Source: Opitutales bacterium (GTDB taxonomy: Bacteria > Verrucomicrobiota > Verrucomicrobiia > Opitutales > UBA2987). From it: a stretch of DNA of 64,000 nucleotides. The translations under genes were made by a program, and so were the position numbers. This document shows positions 43,044 through 54,145 of the stretch, piece after piece. Each line of letters opens with the position of its first letter. Positions within the stretch are counted from its first letter, which is position 1. The stretch covers positions 352,001-416,000 of the forward strand of contig CBDDEL010000013.1 in assembly GCA_965226885.1 (NCBI GenBank). The letters are read 5' to 3'. The notes beneath the pieces were generated by a model. That model had not been told where the DNA came from. It worked only from the letters and a program-made list of their open reading frames with translations, and did no database searches.

Positions 43044-43692
43044 TTTTGCCGATCAACCGGTTGGTATAACGCCGCAGGGCCGATTCGGGGTCGATTTTGG
43101 CTAATCGGCAGGCCGCCGCCAGTTCAAACAGCATGGCTCCCGCAAGCTCTTCATTCATTCGCTCCCCCAGCGTCTTCAGCTTGGAGGAATTTATTTGGCC
43201 ATCCTTCGCAAGGCCGCTTTTTCCGATTTTTTTAAACACGTCGCGGGCGTAGAGCAGAGCGGGTAACCGGGGTGGAATTCCCCCAAAAAGCGAATCCGTC
43301 TTGCCGTTATTGTTTTTTTCGGTCGCTTTTATCGCTTCCCATCGGCTGAGGGCTTCCTCGGCATTGCCGGCTTTGATGTCGCCAAAAACATGGGGATGCC
43401 TGCGAATCAGCTTGTCATTGACCTCCCGGGCGATCCGGTTGAGATCGAAATGATTGGCCTCCTCCGCCAACTGGGCATGCATCACCACCTGTAAAAGCAC
43501 ATCCCCAAGTTCTTCCAGCATGTGCTCCGTATCCTCCCGGTCGATGGTATCGAGCAGTTCGCAACATTCCTCTATTAGGCAATCGGCCAGGGATTGGTGG
43601 GTCTGGGCGCGATCCCAGGGACATCCATAGGGCGCCCGCAACCGGGCCACGGTTTTTCTTAATTCTTGAATGCTGTCGGGGGAAGCTGTCAT
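43018..43692 (-). CDS. mazG: MazG-family nucleoside triphosphate pyrophosphohydrolase
   Basis: GCPWDRAQT, EELGDVLLQV, KLIRRHPHVF. Confidence 0.92.
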   Translation of the reverse strand: MTASPDSIQELRKTVARLRAPYGCPWDRAQTHQSLADCLIEECCELLDTIDREDTEHMLEELGDVLLQVVMHAQLAEEANHFDLNRIAREVNDKLIRRHPHVFGDIKAGNAEEALSRWEAIKATEKNNNGKTDSLFGGIPPRLPALLYARDVFKKIGKSGLAKDGQINSSKLKTLGERMNEELAGAMLFELAAACRLAKIDPESALRRYTNRLIGKIENAGENK

Positions 43693-43772
43693 TGTTGCTC
43701 GCTTTTAGTGACTCTCGGTTTTTACTTTTATCACACAAGATTCGGTCGCCTGCAATTCACATTTTTTAATCC

Positions 43773-44570
43773 ATGGACAAACTCGACGAAATTATGGCCT
43801 GGAAAAGGCGGGAGATCGCCGACCGCATCCGGCCGGTCCGCGAGGAAGAACTGGCCAGACAGGCCCGGATTGTCAAAAAAGGACGTTCCTTTCGGGAAGC
43901 CTTGGCCGATCCCGAGGGCCTGAGCCTGATCGCGGAAATCAAACGCCGTTCCCCTTCGGCCGGAAATATCGCCGCAGATACTCCGGCCCAGGAGAGAGCA
44001 CGCCTCTATTATAATGCCAACGTCGATGCCATTTCCGTTCTGACCGATGAAAAATACTTTTCCGGCGCTTTGCGGGATTTATGGGAGGTGAGCGAATTCC
44101 TGCAATTGCGGGAGGACCCACCGCCGGTCTTGCGCAAGGACTTCATGGTCCACCCCATTCAAGTTCTGGAGGCGGCCGAAGCGGGAGCTAAAGCTATCCT
44201 GATTATCGTGAGAGTACTCAACGGCGATGAGATCGAATCTCTTTTTGAAGCCGCCAACCTGGCAGAATTGGACAGCCTGTTTGAAATCCATAACCAGGAC
44301 GAGCTGGACCGAGCCATTCAAGCGGGGGCAAAAATAGTAGGCGTCAACAATCGCAACCTTTCCAATTTCACAACCGATCTTTCCATATCGAAAAAATTGC
44401 TGCCCCTGATCCCGAAGGGAATCGTGAAAATTAGCGAAAGCGGCATTTTTAACCTGGACGATGCCTGGCGCGTTCGCGATGCCGGAGCCGATGCTGTCCT
44501 GATCGGACAGGCGCTTATGGAATTGGAAGACCCGGAACCTTTTATCAAGGAATTGCGAGACTTGACATAA
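43773..44570 (+). CDS. trpC: Indole-3-glycerol phosphate synthase
   Basis: IAEIKRRSPS, SVLTDEKYF, LRKDF, GVNNRNL, SESGI. Confidence 0.96.
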   Translation: MDKLDEIMAWKRREIADRIRPVREEELARQARIVKKGRSFREALADPEGLSLIAEIKRRSPSAGNIAADTPAQERARLYYNANVDAISVLTDEKYFSGALRDLWEVSEFLQLREDPPPVLRKDFMVHPIQVLEAAEAGAKAILIIVRVLNGDEIESLFEAANLAELDSLFEIHNQDELDRAIQAGAKIVGVNNRNLSNFTTDLSISKKLLPLIPKGIVKISESGIFNLDDAWRVRDAGADAVLIGQALMELEDPEPFIKELRDLT

Positions 44571-45428
44571 ATGCCTGGGGAGTCGTTAACGCCGAGCCGA
44601 ACAAGGAAAATCCTTAACGGTTTGGAGCATTTTCCGAAAAAAAAGCTGGGGCAGAATTTCCTCATCGACGGCAACATCGTGCAAAAATCCTGCCGCCTGG
44701 CCGAATTGCAACCGGAAGATGCGGTTATCGAAATCGGGCCGGGTTTGGGCGCTCTAACGCAAGCTCTTTTAAAAACCGGGGCACACGTTTATGCCATAGA
44801 GGCAGATTCAGTTTTAGCCGCCTACCTCGAGCCGGAATTTTTGTCAAAATATCCCGCACGATTTCACCTCATGCAAGCGGACGCCGTCGCCAACCCCTTG
44901 GCGGGATATGTTCCAAAGCCTGACGCAGACGGCGAACTGGAAGATTTCAAAATCGTTTCCAACCTTCCCTACGCCATATCGTCGCCCTGGTTGAACCGCG
45001 TTTTGGCCGGCCCCCTTCCCTCCACCATGGTTCTCATGCTGCAACAGGAAACCGCCGACCGTTACGCCGCCGGATCCGGCTCGAAGAATTTCGGAGCCAT
45101 AACGGTATTCCTGCAATCCGCTTATAATCTGGTGGAAAAACACAAAGTATCGCCCAACTGCTTTTACCCGATACCGGCGGTCGATTCGGTTATCCTGAAA
45201 CTGGTCCGAAAAAATTCGCCCATTACATTTTCCGAAAAATCCACGAAAAAAATTCGCAGCCTGTTCACTCAAAGACGTAAACAAATCGGTGCCCTCTGCC
45301 GCAAAGATCCCACATTAACGCCCTGGATAAAATTCCTGGAAGAAACCGGCATCCCCCTGCAAAGCCGCCCCGAAAACCTCACCCTCACCGCCTGGCAAAA
45401 ACTGAACAATATTTATTCGATGGCATAA
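44571..45428 (+). CDS. rsmA: 16S rRNA adenine dimethyltransferase
   Basis: KKLGQNFL, EIGPGLGALT, SNLPYAIS, LMLQ, QRRKQI. Confidence 0.95.
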   Translation: MPGESLTPSRTRKILNGLEHFPKKKLGQNFLIDGNIVQKSCRLAELQPEDAVIEIGPGLGALTQALLKTGAHVYAIEADSVLAAYLEPEFLSKYPARFHLMQADAVANPLAGYVPKPDADGELEDFKIVSNLPYAISSPWLNRVLAGPLPSTMVLMLQQETADRYAAGSGSKNFGAITVFLQSAYNLVEKHKVSPNCFYPIPAVDSVILKLVRKNSPITFSEKSTKKIRSLFTQRRKQIGALCRKDPTLTPWIKFLEETGIPLQSRPENLTLTAWQKLNNIYSMA

Positions 45429-45747
45429 AAAAATACAAAACCAGCTAAGCTTGGCTGTATATATAATTTTAATCCCGTTTTTTCTAAAAGGTAAACATGC
45501 CCCCTTATTGATTTAAGGGATGGATTAAACGGAATTACCTCTTGCATGGTGCGAGATTGTGGCTTGTGGCTAATGTTGCAATTGATGGAACCGGAGTAAT
45601 TCAGGTTCTGTTATTCAAAAAAAACACGTAATGGTGATAATGCGGGAACATCGATAATAAATGCTATGGAAGTCCTCCTATCCATCATATCTTTTTTCCT
45701 GCTGATTGCTTTAATCGTTAAGGTGAATGGAATTCGCGACCGGCTAA

Positions 45748-47314
45748 CCCGGATATTTCGTAAAAAAAGTATCGTTGATATGCTTAACTGCTGATATACA
45801 GCAGGATAGATCAATAATTAAAGCAATATCAGCGATGACAAAAGGTAAACAATTAAAGCTACAGTTGACAAGGGTAAAAGGCCGCCGTGTGCGGGTTGAT
45901 TTCAAGGGCGGAGAGGTTACTTCGGATGCCGGACTGCTTTTGATCCGGGAAGTGGATCGGCAGTTGGGCTTGACCGAACGAGCGGCCCGACAGTTAGTGG
46001 ACAAACGGCAGAAGGGCAAAGTACGCCATGAGGTATTGGGGATGCTGCGGCAGCGCGTTTACGGGCTGGTGGCGGGCTATGAGGATTTGAACGACTTTGA
46101 TACCCTGCGCCACGATCCATTGTTGCAAACGGTAACGGGGCGCATTGAAACGTTGGCCAGCGCGCCGACTTTGTGTCGTTTTGAAAACGGGCAGGATCGG
46201 CGGGCGGCCTTTGCGGTAAACGAGCTGTTGGTCGAACAGTTCATGGGCTCCTTTGCCGAGGAACCCGAAGAGATCATCCTGGACTTTGACGCCACCGACA
46301 ATCCGGTGCACGGGCTCCAGGAGGGACGTTTTTTCCACGGTTATTATGATCATTACTGTTTTCTGCCGCTATATGTTTTTTGCGGTGATCAGCTGCTGGT
46401 GGCCTACCTGCGGCCGAGCAAGATCGATGCCAGCAAGCATGCCGGGGCCATCCTCAAATTGCTGGTTAAACGGATTCGCCAAAGCTGGCCCCGTACGCGG
46501 ATTATTTGGCGCGCCGACAGTGGATTTTGTCGAGACCGGATACTCTCTTGGTGCGACCGCAACGAAGTTAGTTACATCGTGGGGATGGCTCGCAATGCAC
46601 GCTTGCAGCAAGACGCCCAGCAGTTGCAAAAGCAGGCCAAAGAATGGTTCGAACTAAGGGGTAAAAAACAACGGTTATTCCAGGACTTCGTCTATGCTGC
46701 CGATTCGTGGCGATGGCTGCGGTTGGTCATCCATAAAGCCGAACACACCGCACAGGGGTCCAACCCGCGCTTCGTGGTGACGAACCTGCCGGGCGATCCC
46801 CAGGAGCTTTACGACAAGGTATACTGTGGCCGCGGTGAAATGGAGAACCGAATCAAGGAACAGATGCAATTGTTCAGCGAGCGCACCAGCGCCCATCAAT
46901 GGTGGGCCAATCAGTGGCGATTGCTCTTGTCGGCGCTGGCCTACACCTTGATGGAAGCCATGCGCCGGTTAGCCTTAAAAGGGACGAAGTGGGCGCGGGC
47001 CCAATGCCACACCCTGCGGCTCAAATTAATCAAGATCGGAGCGGTCATCGTGCGCAACACCCGAACGATTCACTTTCACCTAAGTGAGAGTTATCCTTGG
47101 GCCAGTCTTTTCAACCATGCGGCCCGCCGATTGGTGCCAACCTAAAGGGTGCATTGGTGCTGCCCCCGGCACTACCGAACCAATGGGGGAAAGGGGGCAG
47201 TGTCTCTACACCCTGAAAAACACCTAAAAATCAAGACGATCTGCTCAAAATACAAAGAAATCCATCTCCAATAGCAATAACGAGCCAAACTTTACCCTTC
47301 ATGAAATATCCGGG
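45748..47314 (+). mobile_element. IS1380-family element, complete
   Basis: IRs; CTAA on both flanks. Confidence 0.95.
45835..47145 (+). CDS. IS1380-family transposase
   Basis: Same protein as 3110-4420. Confidence 0.93.
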   Translation: MTKGKQLKLQLTRVKGRRVRVDFKGGEVTSDAGLLLIREVDRQLGLTERAARQLVDKRQKGKVRHEVLGMLRQRVYGLVAGYEDLNDFDTLRHDPLLQTVTGRIETLASAPTLCRFENGQDRRAAFAVNELLVEQFMGSFAEEPEEIILDFDATDNPVHGLQEGRFFHGYYDHYCFLPLYVFCGDQLLVAYLRPSKIDASKHAGAILKLLVKRIRQSWPRTRIIWRADSGFCRDRILSWCDRNEVSYIVGMARNARLQQDAQQLQKQAKEWFELRGKKQRLFQDFVYAADSWRWLRLVIHKAEHTAQGSNPRFVVTNLPGDPQELYDKVYCGRGEMENRIKEQMQLFSERTSAHQWWANQWRLLLSALAYTLMEAMRRLALKGTKWARAQCHTLRLKLIKIGAVIVRNTRTIHFHLSESYPWASLFNHAARRLVPT

Positions 47315-47940
47315 CTAAATATTACGAAATCGAAGCCTTTTGGCTGGTAATGCCATTTTTGGGATCCTTTTTCATTTTGTTTTCCACCATGGCCTTCATC
47401 CACCATTTGGTTAACGGGACAAAATCGACCCTCCTGGATGTATTGGGCCTTCTGTTAAATGGGGCTATTTTTTACGGAATGAGCCAGGGCCTTATCAGTG
47501 CCAGGTATAGCGATGAATGGGTAGCGGTTATTACGTTGGGCTTGGCCATTTTCTATTGTCTCCATGTCCGGCTGTTTTTGGAAAAGAAGCTGGTTGACCG
47601 CAACCTGTTGTTCACGTTTGCCGGATTATCGGCTTTCTTCCTGACCGTCACGATGCCATTGGTCCTGTCGCGGGAATGGATAACAGTCAGTTGGGCACTG
47701 CAAGCCCTGGTACTATTGTGGATTGCTGGCAAAGGTGGATTGCTGGCAAAGTTCGCAGCGAATTCCTCCGCCTGGCCGCTTATCTGCTTTACTGCCTGGT
47801 TCTTTACCGTTATGCGTTTTTGGATCTTCCGGGTAATTTTTCCAGAAATCCGATACCGGAGGATATGACTTTGTGGAAATACCTGCCGGAGCTCATTGAG
47901 CGTTTGGTGGTTTTTGTCGTGCCAGCCGGTTCTTTTCTAG

Positions 47941-49507
47941 CCCGGATATTTCGTAAAAAAAGTATCGTTGATATGCTTAACTGCTGATATACAGCAGGAT
48001 AGATCAATAATTAAAGCAATATCAGCGATGACAAAAGGTAAACAATTAAAGCTACAGTTGACAAGGGTAAAAGGCCGCCGTGTGGGGGTTGATTTCAAGG
48101 GCGGAGAGGTTACTTCGGATGCCGGACTGCTTTTGATCCGGGAAGTGGATCGGCAGTTGGGCTTGACCGAACGAGCGGCCCGACAGTTAGTGGACAAACG
48201 GCAGAAGGGCAAAGTACGCCATGAGGTATTGGGGATGCTGCGGCAGCGCGTTTACGGGCTGGTGGCGGGCTATGAGGATTTGAACGACTTTGATACCCTG
48301 CGCCACGATCCATTGTTGCAAACGGTAACGGGGCGCATTGAAACGTTGGCCAGCGCGCCGACTTTGTGTCGTTTTGAAAACGGGCAGGATCGGCGGGCGG
48401 CCTTTGCGGTAAACGAGCTGTTGGTCGAACAGTTCATGGGCTCCTTTGCCGAGGAACCCGAAGAGATCATCCTGGACTTTGACGCCACCGACAATCCGGT
48501 GCACGGGCTCCAGGAGGGACGTTTTTTCCACGGTTATTATGATCATTACTGTTTTCTGCCGCTATATGTTTTTTGCGGTGATCAGCTGCTGGTGGCCTAC
48601 CTGCGGCCGAGCAAGATCGATGCCAGCAAGCATGCCGGGGCCATCCTCAAATTGCTGGTTAAACGGATTCGCCAAAGCTGGCCCCGTACGCGGATTATTT
48701 GGCGCGCCGACAGTGGATTTTGTCGAGACCGGATACTCTCTTGGTGCGACCGCAACGAAGTTAGTTACATCGTGGGGATGGCTCGCAATGCACGCTTGCA
48801 GCAAGACGCCCAGCAGTTGCAAAAGCAGGCCAAAGAATGGTTCGAACTAAGGGGTAAAAAACAACGGTTATTCCAGGACTTCGTCTATGCTGCCGATTCG
48901 TGGCGATGGCTGCGGTTGGTCATCCATAAAGCCGAACACACCGCACAGGGGTCCAACCCGCGCTTCGTGGTGACGAACCTGCCGGGCGATCCCCAGGAGC
49001 TTTACGACAAGGTATACTGTGGCCGCGGTGAAATGGAGAACCGAATCAAGGAACAGATGCAATTGTTCAGCGAGCGCACCAGCGCCCATCAATGGTGGGC
49101 CAATCAGTGGCGATTGCTCTTGTCGGCGCTGGCCTACACCTTGATGGAAGCCATGCGCCGGTTAGCCTTAAAAGGGACGAAGTGGGCGCGGGCCCAATGC
49201 CACACCCTGCGGCTCAAATTAATCAAGATCGGAGCGGTCATCGTGCGCAACACCCGAACGATTCACTTTCACCTAAGTGAGAGTTATCCTTGGGCCAGTC
49301 TTTTCAACCATGCGGCCCGCCGATTGGTGCCAACCTAAAGGGTGCATTGGTGCTGCCCCCGGCACTACCGAACCAATGGGGGAAAGGGGGCAGTGTCTCT
49401 ACACCCTGAAAAACACCTAAAAATCAAGACGATCTGCTCAAAATACAAAGAAATCCATCTCCAATAGCAATAACGAGCCAAACTTTACCCTTCATGAAAT
49501 ATCCGGG
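47941..49507 (+). mobile_element. IS1380-family element, complete
   Basis: IRs; TSD CTAG; removal restores GSFLGAALLL. Confidence 0.95.
48028..49338 (+). CDS. IS1380-family transposase
   Basis: Near-identical to 3110-4420. Confidence 0.93.
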   Translation: MTKGKQLKLQLTRVKGRRVGVDFKGGEVTSDAGLLLIREVDRQLGLTERAARQLVDKRQKGKVRHEVLGMLRQRVYGLVAGYEDLNDFDTLRHDPLLQTVTGRIETLASAPTLCRFENGQDRRAAFAVNELLVEQFMGSFAEEPEEIILDFDATDNPVHGLQEGRFFHGYYDHYCFLPLYVFCGDQLLVAYLRPSKIDASKHAGAILKLLVKRIRQSWPRTRIIWRADSGFCRDRILSWCDRNEVSYIVGMARNARLQQDAQQLQKQAKEWFELRGKKQRLFQDFVYAADSWRWLRLVIHKAEHTAQGSNPRFVVTNLPGDPQELYDKVYCGRGEMENRIKEQMQLFSERTSAHQWWANQWRLLLSALAYTLMEAMRRLALKGTKWARAQCHTLRLKLIKIGAVIVRNTRTIHFHLSESYPWASLFNHAARRLVPT

Positions 49508-50370
49508 CTAGGCGCAGCGCTCCTGCTGGGAAAAACCCAAAGTCCTTTCAAAAATACCGCATCCAAACCCAACGACATTAAAGAGTGGTTGCAAAAACAG
49601 GGGGTTGCCAAAACCGGATTCATAGTGGCTGTAGCCATTGCTTTCATCTACTTGAACCTCGAAGCCTATCGCACATTGCAATTTATATACGCGCCCCTGC
49701 AATTGCCGGCTCTGACCCTTATCTGGCTCGCCTTGTGCTCTCTGTTGCTGGTCGTTTACAAGAAATCGGAAAGTGGCGCCATCGGTTCGTTTTTCATATT
49801 CTTTTGCGGCTTGGCGGCGATGAAATTACTCACCTTTGATCTATTAAGATGGGACTATGGAATAACCCACGGATATGCGGGCGCCTATTCGATTGTCGAA
49901 GGAATATTCCGCACTATGGACTTCGGAATGATTATCGCCTTTTGCGGGTTCTCCTATTTCACATTGTTGGGGAAAACGGATATGCGGCAAGAGCGCGCGA
50001 TTTTGGCAGCCCTGGGGTTAGCGTTGTTTTTCATCTATGCGACTTTGGAAACGGACACCCTACTGGCAAATTTCCTACCCGGTCTGAGGGTTGGCGGGGT
50101 GAGCATCTTGTGGGCAGTCTTCGGGATAACGTTTCTTATCACGGGCATTCGCAAAAATCAATCCACTTTACGCTATTGCGGGCTATTTCTGTTTACCGTC
50201 GTAGTGGCCAAGATCTTCTTTGTGGACCTGAATAAGCTGGAGCAGCTATATAGGATTATTGCGTTCATACTACTGGGCATTCTTATACTTTCCGGTTCTT
50301 TCGTTTACCTGCATTACCGGCAAGCCTTCACCAATGAGGAGGAGAAAGAGGAAGAAAAAAAAGAATAATA

Positions 50371-50525
50371 ATGAAATCCCTCAAGCGCCTACTGGAATCA
50401 TTACCCGGGAAGATTCTGGCAATCATTTTAATATCGATTGCCTTGTTGCGATTCTCGACCCCCTGCTGGGGCGATTTCGAGTTGTCTCAATACGAATTCT
50501 TTAAAAATATCGAGGTGCAGACGGC
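50371..50525 (+). pseudogene. N-terminal fragment of a secreted protein (probably DUF3999-like), cut by IS1
   Basis: ATG 2 bp after the DUF2339 stop; MKSLKRLL...ILAIILISIALL...SQYEFFKNIEVQTA. Confidence 0.55.
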
Positions 50526-50791
50526 GGTAGTGTATTAAGTAGGAATGGTGGCTAATTCTTGATTATATTGATGAATGAAAAGTCTCAGACAGGTTTCATG
50601 CATACTCTTAAGCTTGGAAAAGGAGAGGGTTTTGCGTGTGAAACGACCCAGTCGTTGGCGCAGGGTATTGTTCCATCGTTCCACATGGGCCGTTTCACCG
50701 GTTTCTTTTCCCACGGATGTAAACGCCGGGGAAAAACCGGTACGGTAAAGAGGGCGCTTTAAAACCGGTACGCTTATCCTAGAAAGGAGGA

Positions 50792-52300
50792 GTGTATCGA
50801 GATATGAAGCAATGGACAAGAGTGCGGCACAAAGTGCTGCGGGACAAGCAGAGCAAGCGCTCTGTAATGCGAGAAGAGGGACTGCACTGGGAGACCCTGG
50901 GAAAGATGCTGGCCTATTCCCAGCCGCCGGGATACCGGCGCAAGAAGAGGCGAGAGCGCAAGATCGATCCGTATGTGGGCTGGATCGAGGAGGTGCTCAA
51001 AGCGGACCGGAACGTGCCCAAGAAGCAGCGCCATACGGCCAAACGGATCTACTACCAGCGTTTGGGTCGGGAGAAGGGCTACCAAGGGGGCTACACGGCG
51101 GTCAAGGAGGTGGTGGCCGAGCTGCGAGCGAGGCGGCGGGAAGTGTTCGTGCCGCTGGAGCACCGCCCCGGGGAGGGACAGGTGGACTTCGGTCATGCCC
51201 TGGTGAAGGAGGCGGGGCAATTGCGTAGGCGGCCATTTTTTGCCATGAGCCTGCCCTACAGCGATGCCTTTTTCGTGCAGGTGTTCGAACGGGAGTGCAC
51301 GGAGAGCTTCTGGGAGGGGCCCCTGCGAGCTTTTGAGTTTTTCGGGGCGGTGCCCCGGCGCATCAGCTATGACAACTCGAAGGTGGCGGTGGGTAAGATT
51401 ATCGGTTCGCGTGAACGCAAGCTGACCGACGGGTTTCTGCAGCTACAGAGCCATTACCTGTTCGAGGAACACTTCTGTCTGCCCGCCCGGCCCAACGAGA
51501 AGGGCGTGGTCGAGGGGATCGTGCGTTATGCCCGGGCCAACTTCCTGGTACCGGTACCGCAGGTTCGGGACCTGGAGGAACTCAACGCAAAGCTGTTGGA
51601 GGCATGTGAGCGGGACATGGAGCGTAAATTACGCGGGAAAAGGGCGGTGAAAAAGGAACTGCTGGCCGAGGAGCGCGCCGTCATGCTGGCGTTGCCGCCC
51701 ATACCCTTTGAAGCGAGCCGCAAACGCTCGACCTGCGTCAGCAGCCTCTCGCTGGTGCGCTTCGAGTGCAACGACTATTCGGTGCCGGTGCGCTGCGCCC
51801 ACCATCCGGTGGTGGTGGAAGGGTCCTGTCGGCAGGTGATGATCTTCTGTGGGGGCCAAGAGGTGGCCCGGCACCGCCGCATTTGGGATAAAGAGCAAGT
51901 CTCTTTCGAGCCGGTGCACTACCTGGCTTTGCTGGAGAAAAAACCGGGCGCTTTGGACTTCGCCCGCCCACTCTCGGGCTGGCAGTTGCCGCAGTGCCTG
52001 CAGGTCCTCAGACGCCGGCTCGAAAGCCAATGCGGGGGCGAAGGCACCCGGGAGTATATCCGGGTGCTGCGGCTGTTGGAGAAACACCCCATGGCGGCCT
52101 TGCAGCAGGCCGTCGTCTCGGCCCTGCGGGTGGGGGGACTGACTCGTGAGGCCATCGCCCAGTATCTCTATCCTCAGGAAGACTACGGGAGCAGAACCTT
52201 CCGGCTGGACGGCCATCCACACCTGCGTCACGTCCGTGTGGCCGCCCCTGACCTCGGTGCCTACAGCGAACTGCTCAAGATTCCAGGAGGGGCTTTATGA
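50792..52300 (+). CDS. istA: IS21 transposase IstA
   Basis: [33 protein letters not shown]. Confidence 0.93.
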   Translation: MYRDMKQWTRVRHKVLRDKQSKRSVMREEGLHWETLGKMLAYSQPPGYRRKKRRERKIDPYVGWIEEVLKADRNVPKKQRHTAKRIYYQRLGREKGYQGGYTAVKEVVAELRARRREVFVPLEHRPGEGQVDFGHALVKEAGQLRRRPFFAMSLPYSDAFFVQVFERECTESFWEGPLRAFEFFGAVPRRISYDNSKVAVGKIIGSRERKLTDGFLQLQSHYLFEEHFCLPARPNEKGVVEGIVRYARANFLVPVPQVRDLEELNAKLLEACERDMERKLRGKRAVKKELLAEERAVMLALPPIPFEASRKRSTCVSSLSLVRFECNDYSVPVRCAHHPVVVEGSCRQVMIFCGGQEVARHRRIWDKEQVSFEPVHYLALLEKKPGALDFARPLSGWQLPQCLQVLRRRLESQCGGEGTREYIRVLRLLEKHPMAALQQAVVSALRVGGLTREAIAQYLYPQEDYGSRTFRLDGHPHLRHVRVAAPDLGAYSELLKIPGGAL

Positions 52301-53064
52301 AGGAAGAAAAAAACCAGCTGCTGTTACACCATCACCTCAAGAAACTGAAGTTGCCCACCATCCTGCGCGAATGGCCGGCGGTGGCCGCGGCTTGTTCCCG
52401 GGACCGGCTCGATTACGCCGCCTTTTTGTTGCATCTGGTCGAACGGGAGCTCATTGAACGCGAACAGCGGGCCGCCCAGCGGCGGATCAAAAACGCCCGT
52501 TTCCCCGTGCTCAAGACCCTCGAGAGCTTCGCCTTTGAAGCGCAGCCCTCGATCAACGAAGCGCTCATCCGAGAGCTCATGCGCGGGGAGTATGTCGACC
52601 AGCGCGAAAACGTGCTGCTCCTCGGTAACGCCGGTACCGGTAAAACGCACCTGGCCACCGCCCTGGGCTTTGCCGCCTGTGCCCAGGGCCGGCGGATCCG
52701 TTTCTTCGGGGTCACCGCCCTGGTTACCCATATGCTCGAGCAACGCGACAACCACGACCTGCAGCGCTTCATGAAGCAACTCGAAAGGCTCGACCTACTC
52801 ATCCTCGACGAACTCGGTTACGTCCCTTTTTCCAAGACCGGTTCCGAACTGCTCTTCGACGTGGTCAGCCGCGCTTACGAGCGCACCAGTCTCATCGTCA
52901 CCACCAACCTGCCCTTTGAGAACTGGATCGAAGTGCTCGGTTCCGAACGGCTCACCGGAGCTCTGCTGGACCGACTCACCCATCGGGTGCATATCCTCGA
53001 AGCCAACGGGCAAAGCTACCGCTTGCGCGATGCTCGACGCCGTCGCCGTGGCACAAAACAATAA
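52297..53064 (+). CDS. istB: IS21 helper AAA+ ATPase IstB
   Basis: GNAGTGKTHLA, LLILDELGY, TTNLPF, LLDRLTH. Confidence 0.95.
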   Translation: MKEEKNQLLLHHHLKKLKLPTILREWPAVAAACSRDRLDYAAFLLHLVERELIEREQRAAQRRIKNARFPVLKTLESFAFEAQPSINEALIRELMRGEYVDQRENVLLLGNAGTGKTHLATALGFAACAQGRRIRFFGVTALVTHMLEQRDNHDLQRFMKQLERLDLLILDELGYVPFSKTGSELLFDVVSRAYERTSLIVTTNLPFENWIEVLGSERLTGALLDRLTHRVHILEANGQSYRLRDARRRRRGTKQ

Positions 53065-53974
53065 ACGCCTTGGGCCCGGCTCGTCGGCCTCCGGCCTCCT
53101 CACCGACCCCAAGCCAATCCCCAAAACCAACTCCCAAACCCTAAACCTTGACGTACCTGCAATTACTAACCTAAACCTTATTCCAAGCGTACCGGTTTTA
53201 CCCCGACCCCCGTACCGGTTTCATCCCGGCGTTTACACACGGATCGGTTATGAGGAAAGACTTCATCATAAGTGCTCCAAAAGTCGCTGTAGGTGGCACA
53301 TCTTTTGTAGGCCCGTGGCAGACGCTCGTAAAGTTCCCGGCAACGATACCAATCCCGAGGCCCAATGGCATAGGAGAGGATTTGACGGGTGCGTCGGCAA
53401 AGAGCGATCCAAACCCATTGGGCATCGCTCTTGCGCCCCACAAAAGACCATAGTTCGTCCAGTTCAATGACATCATGGCGGCGGGCCGCAAGAATCGTGC
53501 TTTTGAGCGGTCGCAGCGATTGTCGTTTTTTTTAACCAACTCAAAACGGTGTTGGGACTCACCCCGAAGGCGCGCTGTAAACCGCGTAGACTGCTGCGGT
53601 CCTGATAGACTCGAAGGATCATTTCTTTTTGCTCTTCGGTGTATTTCACTGTGGGGTTTTCGCGGCTTTGTTTACCACAATCATGGCAGCGGTAGCGCTG
53701 TTTATGGTTGGGCGTCTTGCCAAATTTAATGATATTTTCACTTCCACAGTGCCGACAATTAATAATTTTAGTAACCATGCACTAAAAATAAACTGCCTAA
53801 CTCTATTTGTACAGCTAAAAATACAAAATAACATTCTTTTTTTATACACTACCCGATCTTCCAGGTTGACCAAGACCAGTCATGCCATCCCCGGAATTGG
53901 CTGCCTTAGATTTGGCCAAAAAAAGCCCTTCCCTTATGGCGAACGAAACTTCTATGCACAACTGCCAGCCAGGT

Positions 53975-54145
53975 TGATCGGACCCCATCTTTGCTACCAC
54001 TTTAAGTGAGAGTATTTCCTTAGGTTTGGTATTGTAGGTTTTGCAGCGGGTGGCGCAATGAGGCCGTAGGCCGAATGGAGCCAGCCGCTGCTTTGTTGAT
54101 TGTTCGCCAGAGTCTGGCAAATGTATTTGGGGAGAGAAAGCCTAA
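53975..54145 (-). mobile_element. IS3-family type 1 right-end remnant
   Basis: Reverse complement of about 26503-26682 without the 9-bp duplication; cut by IS1380 at CTAA. Confidence 0.88.

Larger units (their letters stand above)
45666..50368 (+). pseudogene. DUF2339-like multi-pass membrane protein, broken by two IS1380 copies, a 17-bp duplication and a probable deletion
   Basis: Fragments 45666-45747, 47315-47940 and 49508-50368; ITVSWALQA and C-terminal SILWAVFG...KIFFVDL...RIIAFILLG motifs. Confidence 0.75.
50718..53237 (+). mobile_element. IS21-family element, complete (2520 bp)
   Basis: TGTAAACGCCGGG...CCCGGCGTTTACA ends with internal ACCGGTACG repeats; 6-bp TSD CACGGA. Confidence 0.95.
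50526..53853 (-). mobile_element. IS1-family element interrupted by IS21; no TSD
   Basis: Right IR at 50526, left IR at 53853; insA 53778-53473; insB split. Confidence 0.92.

Noticed and set aside
50718..53237. IS21 as CAST/Tn7-like or cargo-carrying system
   Set aside because: Only istA and istB lie between the ends; no TniQ, Cas or cargo
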